Shown: piece after piece, positions 1 to 7,954 of the stretch
Layout: every line of letters begins with the position of its first letter
How positions within the stretch are numbered: position 1 is the stretch's first letter
Assembly (NCBI GenBank): GCA_046726415.1
Contig: JBKPAK010000078.1
Span: forward strand, 1-13,368
Reading direction: 5' to 3'
DNA length: 13,368 nucleotides
DNA from: Candidatus Methylomirabilota bacterium
GTDB lineage: Bacteria > Methylomirabilota > Methylomirabilia > Rokubacteriales > CSP1-6
Program-made: the position numbers and the translations under genes
Notes under the pieces: model-generated
Seen by the model: only the letters and a program-made list of their open reading frames with translations
What the model was told of the DNA's origin: nothing
Database searches by the model: none

Positions 1-179
1 GGAAAACGGGATTCGCGTAAACCCCTGCCGCCTTCTGGAGTGAGACATCGAGGGAGCGCGACATCGAGGGCACCGCGGCTTCGCCGCGGGTCCGGGAGTG
101 GCGGGGGCTTCCTCAGCTGACCGGGACGACGACTATGGGCCTCTCCGCAGCCTGAGTGTCGCCACACACGGAGGGACGC

Positions 180-1121
180 ATGCCGCGACTGACCGAGCAG
201 GACGTCATCAAGCTCATGGACACGCTCAGCAACTGGAGGCGGTGGGGTACTGACGACGAGCTGGGCACGATCAATCACGTCACGCCGGCCGTGCGGCGGC
301 GGGCCGCGGCGCTGGTGCGCGACGGCGTGTCGGTGACCTGCGCGCGGCCAATCGTGACGAACGATATCGCCGTGGATACCACGATCCAGCCGCTGCGCTT
401 CATGGTCGACAGCGGCGAGGGGCGCGATACGGACAGCAACGACCGCGTCCTCCAGCGCCGGGGCGCCGCCGAGTTCATCGGCATGGTGTTCCACGGCTAC
501 TCGATCACCCACGTGGACGCGCCGTCGCACTACTTCTGGCAGGGCCGCATGTACAACGGCCGCTCCTGCAACCTCGTCACCTCGCGGGAGGGCGCGCAGG
601 CCGAGTCGGTGGACCTGTTGCGGGACGGCGTGGTGAGCCGTGGCGTGCTGCTCGACGTGGCCGCCGTCCGCGGCGGCGAGGTTCCGTCCGGCGAGGGCGT
701 GATGCCGGAGGACCTCGAGGCCGCCGAGCGCGCCCAGCAGGTCAAGGTGGAGCCCGGTGATGTCCTGCTGATCCGCACCGGCTACTACGCCCGCCGGCTG
801 CGCGAGCCGCGCCACCCCAGCCGCGACGGGTCTCCTGCCGCAGATGTGGCGTGTCTGCCCTGGTTCCACGAGCGCTCGATCGCTATGCTCGGCACCGACA
901 CCCACAACGACGTGAGCCCGCTACCATACCCGCGCCTGGGCAACGCACTCCATGTGGTGGCCCTGGTCGCCATGGGGCTCTGGCTCATCGACAATGCCAA
1001 CCTGGAAGAGCTGGCCCGCGCCTGCGCCGATCGCCGCCGGTGGGAGTTCCTGCTGACCATCGCGCCCTTGCGGCTCCAGCACACGACCGGCTCCCCGGTG
1101 AACCCGATTGCCGTGTTCTGA
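180..1121 (+). CDS. Cyclase family protein (kynurenine formamidase-like metal-dependent hydrolase), 313 aa
   Basis: N-terminal NWRRWGTDDELGTIN, metal-binding motif HGYSITHVDAPSH, RGVLLDV, GDVLLIRTG, and C-terminal TGSPVNPIAVF are typical of the family. Start placed at ATG 180, behind GGAGGG at 170-175. Confidence 0.9.
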   Translation: MPRLTEQDVIKLMDTLSNWRRWGTDDELGTINHVTPAVRRRAAALVRDGVSVTCARPIVTNDIAVDTTIQPLRFMVDSGEGRDTDSNDRVLQRRGAAEFIGMVFHGYSITHVDAPSHYFWQGRMYNGRSCNLVTSREGAQAESVDLLRDGVVSRGVLLDVAAVRGGEVPSGEGVMPEDLEAAERAQQVKVEPGDVLLIRTGYYARRLREPRHPSRDGSPAADVACLPWFHERSIAMLGTDTHNDVSPLPYPRLGNALHVVALVAMGLWLIDNANLEELARACADRRRWEFLLTIAPLRLQHTTGSPVNPIAVF

Positions 1122-1212
1122 ACCGTGGCCGACGCCGCAGCCCACGGGCTCACGACTTGTGGGACACTTTCCGGTAGCCGGTGATCAGCTCTCGCGCACC
1201 AGGGAGATGCGG

Positions 1213-2118
1213 ATGACGTTCGCCCCGGACCACGACGTCCCGATCCCGTACATGCAGCGCACGCGCGACTACTATCAGGCGCTCGGCTACCCCCCCTATC
1301 GCTGGGCGCACTTCGCCGACGTTCCTTTCACGCCCCTGAAGGCGCCTCTGGCGCAGGCGCGGGTGGCCCTGATCACGACGGCCGCGCCGTACCAGCCCGG
1401 TGTCGGCGACCAGGGGCCGGGGGCGAAGTACAACGCCGCCGCCAAGTTCTACAAGGTCTACTCCGACGGGACGGACACCGCGCCCGATCTGCGCATCTCG
1501 CACGTCGGCTATGACCGCGTCCACACCACCGCCGAGGATCCCAGGACCTGGTTTCCCCTGGCCCGACTTCACGATTTCGTGAAAGCGGGACGCATCGGCG
1601 CGCTCACGCCGCGGTTCCACGGCGCCCCGACGAACCGGAGCCACCGGGTGACGATGGAAACGGACGCGCCAGAACTCCTCCGCCGCTGCCGAGAAGACGG
1701 CGCAGACGTGGCGGTGCTCGTCCCCACCTGACCGGTGTGTCACCAGACCGTGAGTCTGGCGGCCAGGTATCTCGAGGCGAACGGGATCCCCACCGTGATC
1801 ATGGGATGTACAAAGGACATCGTGGAGTACTGCGGCGTCCCGCGCTTCCTGTTCAGCGACTTTCCCCTCGGCAACGCCGCCGGGCGCCCGTTCGACGTCG
1901 AATCGCAGACGGTCACCTTGGAGCTCGCGCTGCGCGTGCTGGAGAGCGCGCCCGCCGGGCGGACCACGGTACAGTCGCCGCTGCGGTGGCGTGACGACCC
2001 CTCGTGGAAGCTCGACTTCTCGAACCTCGACAAGCTGACGCCGGAGGAGATCGCCGAGCGGCGCAAGGAGTTCGACGCCGTCAAGGCTGTGGCCAAGGCG
2101 AAGCGCGAGGAAGCATGA
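1213..2118 (+). CDS. Glycine/sarcosine/betaine/D-proline reductase selenoprotein B family protein (GrdB/PrdB-like), 301 aa, predicted selenocysteine at codon 173 (TGA 1729-1731)
   Basis: ORFs 1108..1731 and 1735..2118 share a frame and are joined as GTC CCC ACC TGA CCG GTG TGT CAC CAG ACC = VPT-U-PVCHQT. Upstream motifs PFTPLKAPLAQARVALITTA, ISHVGYD, FPLARL, GRIG and downstream LEANGIPTV, GVPR, FPLG span the whole family domain. RBS AGGGAG at 1201-1206 favours ATG 1213 (ATG 1207 is an alternative). Confidence 0.85.
1732..1767 (+). promoter_or_regulatory. Candidate bacterial SECIS element
   Basis: CCAGAC (1743-1748) pairs with GTCTGG (1754-1759) around loop CGTGA. The loop follows 17 nt after the UGA and has G then U at loop positions 2-3, consistent with the bacterial SECIS consensus. 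The lower stem is imperfect. Confidence 0.65.
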
Positions 2119-3308
2119 GCAAGCCCTTCGCCGGCGTCCGGATCCTCGACTTCACCCGGTACCTCGCGGGCCCGTACGGCACCTACCAGCTGGCGCTCCT
2201 CGGCGCCGATGTCGTGAAGATCGAGTCGCGCGACGGCGACGAGACGCGCAGCCAGCTTGTCTCAAAGGAATGGGCCGAGCGGAAGATGCCGCCGTCGTTC
2301 CTGGCGGTGAACGGCAACAAGCGCAGCATCACGCTCGACCTCCGGCGGCCGGAGGCCGTGGAGGTCATCACGCGGCTGGTCACCAAGGCCGACGTGGTCT
2401 GGGAGAACTTCCGCCCGGGGGTCATGGACAAGCTCGGGGTTGGCTATGAGGCGCTCGCCGCGGTCAACCCGCGCCTCGTCTACTGCGCGGTCTCCGGCTT
2501 CGGCCACACGGGACCAGAGCGAACCACCGCCGCCTTCGACGGCAAGCTGCAGGCCATGTCCGGCATCATGTCCATCACCGGCGAGCCCGCCGGCGGCCCG
2601 ATGCGCGCCGGATTCGCGATCTGCGACACCATCGGCGGCATGACGGCGGCGCTCGCCGTGGCGAGCGCGCTCTACCAGCGCACGCACACCGGTCGCGGGC
2701 AGTTCGTGGACGTGGCCATGCTCGATGCGGCGCTGGCCTTCATCCCCGGCCCAGTCTCCGAGTACACCGTGGCCGGCATCGAACAGCGGCAGATCGGCAA
2801 CGGCTCGGTGAGCCGCAAGCCGACGGCCAGTCGCTTCCGGGCGAAAGACGGCTTCATCGTCCTGGCGGTGCTGACCGAGAAGCAGTTCGCAGGCCTCATG
2901 CGCACGATCGGGCGGGCCGACGCCCTCGACGATCCGCGCTTCAAGGACTGGGCGGCGCGGACGGACAACGTGGCGGCGCTGCGCGAGGTCATCGAGACCG
3001 CACTGGCCACCGACGATCCGAAGACTTGGGAGGCGCGGCTGACGGCGGCGGACGTCCCATGCGCCTGCATCTGGAAGATCGATGAGATCGTGCAGCATCC
3101 GCAGCTCGAGCACCGCGACGTGTTGCAGACCGTCGACTCGCGCTACGGCCCGCTGCGGCTGGTGGGGGCGGGCTTCCGGCTCGCCCACGGCAGCCCGGGC
3201 ATCGACCGGCCGCCGCCGACGCTCGGCGAGCACACCGACGAGATCCTCGCCGAAGCGGGCTACGCCCCCGCGGAGATCGAGCGCCTGCACCGCGACGCGA
3301 TCATCTGA
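2115..3308 (+). CDS. Class III CoA-transferase (CaiB/BaiF family), 397 aa
   Basis: GVRILDFTRYLAGP, LGADVVKIE, NGNKRSITLDL, ADVVWENFRPG, NPRLVYCAVSGFG, catalytic-type Asp in ICDTIGG, TGRGQFVD, PPTLGEHT. The start ATG overlaps the upstream stop (ATGA 2115-2118). Confidence 0.95.
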   Translation: MSKPFAGVRILDFTRYLAGPYGTYQLALLGADVVKIESRDGDETRSQLVSKEWAERKMPPSFLAVNGNKRSITLDLRRPEAVEVITRLVTKADVVWENFRPGVMDKLGVGYEALAAVNPRLVYCAVSGFGHTGPERTTAAFDGKLQAMSGIMSITGEPAGGPMRAGFAICDTIGGMTAALAVASALYQRTHTGRGQFVDVAMLDAALAFIPGPVSEYTVAGIEQRQIGNGSVSRKPTASRFRAKDGFIVLAVLTEKQFAGLMRTIGRADALDDPRFKDWAARTDNVAALREVIETALATDDPKTWEARLTAADVPCACIWKIDEIVQHPQLEHRDVLQTVDSRYGPLRLVGAGFRLAHGSPGIDRPPPTLGEHTDEILAEAGYAPAEIERLHRDAII

Positions 3309-3375
3309 GCCTCAGGTCCTGATACGCGCTCAGCTGAGCCTCAGGTCCTCGTGCCCGGTCATCTGAGCTTCAGAT
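3305..3375. repeat. Three palindromic CTGAGC(C/T)TCAG boxes at 29-bp periodicity
   Basis: CTGAGCCTCAGGTCCT at 3305-3320 and 3334-3349; CTGAGCTTCAG at 3363-3373, within ATCTGA-GCT-TCAGAT (3361-3375). Confidence 0.8.
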
Positions 3376-3502
3376 TCCCGTGCGGTGAGACAAACGGATG
3401 GCCCGCGATGGTCGGGGCACCTCCGGTCGACGCCCGTCCTGCCGAATCGGAGGACGCGGGGCTGGGTGTATGCTCGTCCGCACCGTTTTCGGGGGTGGCG
3501 CC

Positions 3503-4747
3503 ATGGACGACGTGAAGCAGCAGCTCGCGCGGTGGATCGACGAGGATCGCGACACGATCATCCAGTTCTTGTGCGAGTTCGTTCGCGCCAAGAGCCCGAA
3601 CCCTCCGGGCGACACCACGCTGGCGGCCGGGCACGTCACGCGTTTCCTCGAGATGCACAGGCTACCGTTCCAAGTGGTCGCGCCGCAACCCACCATGCCG
3701 AACATCGTCGGCTCCTTCGAGGGAGCGAAGCCTGGTCGGCACCTGGTGCTGAACGGTCACATGGACGTCTTTCCCGCCGACGAGGCGAACGAGCGCTGGA
3801 CGCATGGTCCGTGGAGTGGGGCGATCGCCGAAGGCAAGATCTATGGCCGCGGCGTGGCCGACATGAAGGCGGGAACGTCCGCTTCCATCTTCACCTACTA
3901 CTATCTGTACCGGGTCCGTCAGCATCTGAAGGGGAAGCTGACCTTGACCGCCGTCTCCGACGAGGAGACATTCGGGCCGTGGGGGGCGCGGTACTTGATG
4001 GATCATGCCGACGTCCACGGCGACTGCCTGCTGAACGGTGAGCCGAGTAGTCCCCTGACCATTCGCTTCGGCGAGAAGGGACCGCTCTGGCTGAAGTTCA
4101 CCGTGCGAACCAAGGGGGCACACGGCGCTTATACGCATCTGTCGCCGAGCGCGACGAAACTCGCGGCAAAGCTGATCCTCGATCTGGAGGATCTGACCGC
4201 GCTGGAGCCATCGGTGCCCATCGAGGTCGCCGACGCCCTCGCCGGCGCCGCGGCGGCCATCGACGAGGCGCAAGGCCCCGGGGCGAAGGACATCGTGCAG
4301 CGGGTCACGGTGAACATCGGCATCATCCAGGGCGGCCAGAAGGTGAACATGGTTCCCGCCACGTGCTGGTTCGAGGCCGACGTGCGTCTGCCGCCCGGCC
4401 TGGGACGGGACGAGGTGATGGCCGCGCTACGCCGGATCCTCGGCCGCTATCCCGAGGCGACCATGGAAGAGATCAACTACAGCGCGCCGAGCGCCTGCGA
4501 CCCCAATCACGAGATGGTCGGCATCGTGCGCGCCAACGCGCAGGCCTTCGGCCGGCCCGCCCCGGCGCCGATCGTGAGTCTGGGCGGTACTGACGCCCGC
4601 CTGTGGCGCCATCGCGGGATCCCCGCGTTCGTCCACGGGCCGTTCCCGCGCGGCATGGCCCAGGCGGACGAGCACGTCGAGATCGAGGAGTACCTACACA
4701 TCGTTCGCATGCACGTGCTGTCGGCGTCCGACTACCTGTCGCGCTGA
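3503..4747 (+). CDS. M20 family metallo-hydrolase (ArgE/DapE-like deacylase), 414 aa
   Basis: SPNPPG, LNGHMDV, GRGVADMKAG, SDEE, GEPS, GEKG, GAHG, VNIGIIQGG, GGTDAR, DEHV. Start set at ATG 3503; the longer N-terminus in the ORF track looks non-coding. Confidence 0.9.
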   Translation: MDDVKQQLARWIDEDRDTIIQFLCEFVRAKSPNPPGDTTLAAGHVTRFLEMHRLPFQVVAPQPTMPNIVGSFEGAKPGRHLVLNGHMDVFPADEANERWTHGPWSGAIAEGKIYGRGVADMKAGTSASIFTYYYLYRVRQHLKGKLTLTAVSDEETFGPWGARYLMDHADVHGDCLLNGEPSSPLTIRFGEKGPLWLKFTVRTKGAHGAYTHLSPSATKLAAKLILDLEDLTALEPSVPIEVADALAGAAAAIDEAQGPGAKDIVQRVTVNIGIIQGGQKVNMVPATCWFEADVRLPPGLGRDEVMAALRRILGRYPEATMEEINYSAPSACDPNHEMVGIVRANAQAFGRPAPAPIVSLGGTDARLWRHRGIPAFVHGPFPRGMAQADEHVEIEEYLHIVRMHVLSASDYLSR

Positions 4748-4860
4748 GCCGGATCGCGCTTCGCGCCGACGGAGACCTGTCGCGCGGTTCGCCGACGAGG
4801 CCGATCGCCCCCGCGATCCAGAACGCACGCCGTGCCCAGCGCCGCGTGCCGGCGGCGCAC

Positions 4861-6123
4861 TCATACCAGGCCGATGTCCTGTGCCTCCGTGTGCGGGAAC
4901 ACCTTGTCGAGCCTCGCGTTGTCGAGCCCGTACAGTCGCTTGAACAGGCCGCCGAGCATGGCGCGGTATTCGGTCAACACCGGCCAGTCCCGGTTCTGGT
5001 TCAGGGTGCGGCGCTCGACCGCGATCTGTTCGCCGGCGATGCGTCCGCCGCGGATGACGCCACCGAGCGCCCAGTAGACGGTGCCGTGGCCATGGTCGGT
5101 GCCGCGCGTGCCGTTTTCGCGGAAGGTGCGGCCGAACTCCGAGATGACCACGACGACGGTGTTGTTCCACAGCGGCCCCATCTGCTGGGCGAAGGCGGCG
5201 AGCCCCTGACCGAGGTTGCCGAGGAGATTGGCGAGTTGGCCCTGCGCGCTGCCTTCGTTGACGTGCGTATCCCACCCGCCGACATCGATGAAGGCGAGGT
5301 TGAACTTGTCGCGCATCAGCCCGGCCATCCGGCGCGCCTCGACTTCGAAGCCGCGCGCGCTGAGCGCACTGCGGTTGGCCGCCTGCATCTCCCCGTTGGT
5401 GCTGCCCGAGGCCATCATCTCGCCTTGCTGGGCGACCGTCCGGCGCAGCTCGAAGCCTTCGCTGATCAGGGGCTCGAAGCGCGTCCCCGCATACATGTCG
5501 GCCAGGAGCGCCATCTGTCGTTCGTCGAACGGCGCGCGGGCGGTGCCCTTGAGCGACACGTTGGGGACCACGACGTCACCGGTCATGGCGATCGGCAACC
5601 CGTCGGTGAAGGCCACGGGCGCCGCGGCCCCGCCGAGCACGGCGGCCAGCCGATTCATGAAACCCGATCCGTAGGCCTTCTGGCCCCCGCGCTCGACGGC
5701 CAGGGGAAGTCCGCCCTCGACGCTGTCCTGCGTCTCGAAGTGGCTGCGACTTAGGTCCCTCGTCCCGGCAAAGGTCACGAACGCAACCCGGCCTTCTCGC
5801 CAGAGGGGATAGATGCTGTCCTTCAGGGCGGGGTGCAGCCCCCACATGACCGCCTCGCCCGGCCGCGCGAGTGGTAGAGCGGTGTTCGGGTTGTTCGGAT
5901 CGGGTTTGGGCACCGCGAGGGTCGGCCGCGCCTCGTAGTAGAACGGGCTGCCCACCGGGATCACTGCATTGGCCGCATCGTAGCCGCCGCGCAGGAACAC
6001 CAGCAGGAATTTGATGTCCGCCGCCTCCGGCGCGGCGTAGGCGCGCGACACCACATGAGGGGTGGCGCCGATCGCGTGGGCGGCGCCGAACAGCGCGACC
6101 TTGAGGACGACGCGTCGCTCCAT
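4861..6123 (-). CDS. DUF1501 domain-containing protein with probable Tat signal peptide, 420 aa
   Basis: FLRGGYD, WGLHPAL, SRSHFETQD, GGWDTHVNE, SEFGRTFRENGTRGTDHGHG are characteristic. N-terminus MERRVVLKVAL has a twin arginine; GAGGT lies upstream of ATG 6123. Confidence 0.88.
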   Translation of the reverse strand: MERRVVLKVALFGAAHAIGATPHVVSRAYAAPEAADIKFLLVFLRGGYDAANAVIPVGSPFYYEARPTLAVPKPDPNNPNTALPLARPGEAVMWGLHPALKDSIYPLWREGRVAFVTFAGTRDLSRSHFETQDSVEGGLPLAVERGGQKAYGSGFMNRLAAVLGGAAAPVAFTDGLPIAMTGDVVVPNVSLKGTARAPFDERQMALLADMYAGTRFEPLISEGFELRRTVAQQGEMMASGSTNGEMQAANRSALSARGFEVEARRMAGLMRDKFNLAFIDVGGWDTHVNEGSAQGQLANLLGNLGQGLAAFAQQMGPLWNNTVVVVISEFGRTFRENGTRGTDHGHGTVYWALGGVIRGGRIAGEQIAVERRTLNQNRDWPVLTEYRAMLGGLFKRLYGLDNARLDKVFPHTEAQDIGLV

Positions 6124-6137
6124 GACCACCTCGTTCT

Positions 6138-7712
6138 TCAACGCTGCATCCAGTCCGGCGAGGCGAGCAATATGGTGTTCCACTCCTGCTGGGAGGCCGT
6201 CTGCGCGAGGGCCTCGCGCGTGCGGGCGCTCAGCGTGGGCTCGATCGCCTCGTAGAACAGCCGGTTGTTCAGCATGGGGAAGCCCGTGCGCGGGCCGGGC
6301 CGGTTGTCCTCGGTGTTGAACAGCCCCGCGCTGCCGCTGCCGATCGCGCGGGCGATCTCGAAGCGTTTCACCATCTGGCCCGAACTCGCCCAGGCCGTTT
6401 CGACCAGCGCGTAGCCATCGGGTGTCACCCGCCCATACAGCGGCTCACCGAGCTGACTGAGCCAGCCGACCACCGGTCGATAGTTGCTGATGGTCTTGCC
6501 GTCGTAGGCCAGCCGCAGCGACGAGACGACGAACTGCATCGGATCCTTGAATTTGCCGGGGCCGGCCTCCGCGCCGCTCAGCACCGCGGCGAATTCGCGC
6601 GCGGCGAACATCGTGCGCAGCACCGCCGCCACGTCGCCGTCGGTGCGCTGAAACGCCTCGGCCATGGCCTCGACCAGGGCCGGGGAAGGATCGTCGGCGA
6701 CGAAATAGGTGGCGATCTTGCGGCTGATGAAGCGGGCGGTAGCGGGCTGCCGGCACAGGAGCACCACCGCCTCCTCGACTTCCCCGAACCCCGCTCCCGC
6801 GATGCGCTGGTTCAGGACGGTCTTGGTGCCGAAGTCGTGGCGGTTGGGGTTGAACTCGAACAGACCCTCGCGCACATAGAGCGGCTGACGGGCCGGGGCG
6901 AGCTTCGGGATATCGCCCGTGACATTGATGCCGACCCCGGTGAGCACCCGGGCCAGCTCCTGGACGTCCTGCTGTGAGTAGCGCGAGCCGCTGAGGCCCC
7001 CGCTGATGCCGAGCGTGTGCAGCTCCATCAACTCGCGCGCGTAGTTTTCGTTGATGCGCCCGGCCGCGCTCTGGGCGTTGTCGAGATACTCGAGCATGGC
7101 CGGCGCCGTCGCCGTGGCCAGGACGAGCTCGCGGAACCGGCCAAGCGCGCGGGGCCGCACGGCGCGCTCCTCGTAGTCGGCCAGCGTCCAGCGCACCCCG
7201 GCTTTGCCGGAGAACACGCTGAAGTGATTCATCCAGAACCACGTCATCTGTTCGCGCAGCTGGGCCGGCGAGTAGAGCGCGCGCATCAGATGGCGCTTGG
7301 CGGTCTCGTAGCTTGCCTGATTGGCCGCCTGGTTCTGCTGCTTGCGCGCTTGCTGCTTGTCGTCCTGGCTCGGCAGGGCGTTGATGCGCTGCTGCTCGGC
7401 GCGCGCGGTGCGCAGCAGTCGCTCGGCGGTCTGCTGGGTGACGGGAATCGCGGCGATCGCCGCGGCCAGATCGGGCGGATCCTGCGCAGGGGGGTTCAGC
7501 TGCTCATCGAAAAACCGCGCTCGGCCCAGTTGGCGGTAGCGCGCGACGGTCGCGCCGTCGACGCCGAACGCAACGCGGTTGAGCCAGCGCAGATCGTCCT
7601 GAGTGAGCGGGCGCGGCGCGCGATCCGAGCTGGTCGGGCCGGTAGCGCACGCCACGAGCACCAGGGACAGCGCCGGGAGCCAGGTCCGAGTGCCGAGGGC
7701 AATTCGCATCAT
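6138..7712 (-). CDS. DUF1800 domain-containing protein, probable lipoprotein, about 524 aa
   Basis: QLREQMTWFWMNHFSV, PAMLEYLDN, INENYARELMELHTLG, YSQQDVQELARVLTG, GKFKDP, PDGY, ASPDWMQR. Lipobox-like LVAC follows a hydrophobic stretch. Start is ATG 7712 or 7709. Confidence 0.9.
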   Translation of the reverse strand: MMRIALGTRTWLPALSLVLVACATGPTSSDRAPRPLTQDDLRWLNRVAFGVDGATVARYRQLGRARFFDEQLNPPAQDPPDLAAAIAAIPVTQQTAERLLRTARAEQQRINALPSQDDKQQARKQQNQAANQASYETAKRHLMRALYSPAQLREQMTWFWMNHFSVFSGKAGVRWTLADYEERAVRPRALGRFRELVLATATAPAMLEYLDNAQSAAGRINENYARELMELHTLGISGGLSGSRYSQQDVQELARVLTGVGINVTGDIPKLAPARQPLYVREGLFEFNPNRHDFGTKTVLNQRIAGAGFGEVEEAVVLLCRQPATARFISRKIATYFVADDPSPALVEAMAEAFQRTDGDVAAVLRTMFAAREFAAVLSGAEAGPGKFKDPMQFVVSSLRLAYDGKTISNYRPVVGWLSQLGEPLYGRVTPDGYALVETAWASSGQMVKRFEIARAIGSGSAGLFNTEDNRPGPRTGFPMLNNRLFYEAIEPTLSARTREALAQTASQQEWNTILLASPDWMQR

Positions 7713-7954
7713 CCAGTGTGGCCGTCGCGGGCGGGGCGAGGACGCGTCCCGCACCGTTCCCGGCGCCCTGGCTCCCACAGGGCGGGGAACGTCGGCCGGA
7801 TCGATCGTGCGCCGGTGCGCATGGCCTGTCAAGGCCCGCGAGCAATGCCGGCGGCGCGCCGCCCAGTCTGGCGATCCCCTCGGCGCCGGGCCTCTGGTTG
7901 CAGAGGCACCTTCGCGATAAGCTTCGGCCACGTCTATCGCCGAGGAGCTGACCC

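Noticed and set aside
1729-1731. Nonsense mutation (pseudogene) or two separate genes at the TGA
   Set aside because: The stop falls at the expected U of the UxxC motif, the frame is otherwise intact, and a SECIS-like hairpin follows.
2262-3290. 342-aa antisense ORF, and similarly 4603..5754, 7017..7958, 7504..8394 and 10590..11294
   Set aside because: These are shadow frames of well-supported genes in high-GC DNA, with no recognisable motifs.
1119-6140. General TGA reassignment, or Sec read-through at other TGA stops
   Set aside because: The TGA codons ending the cyclase, CoA-transferase, M20, DUF1501 and DUF1800 genes fall at the normal C-termini of those families, so TGA is a standard stop here.
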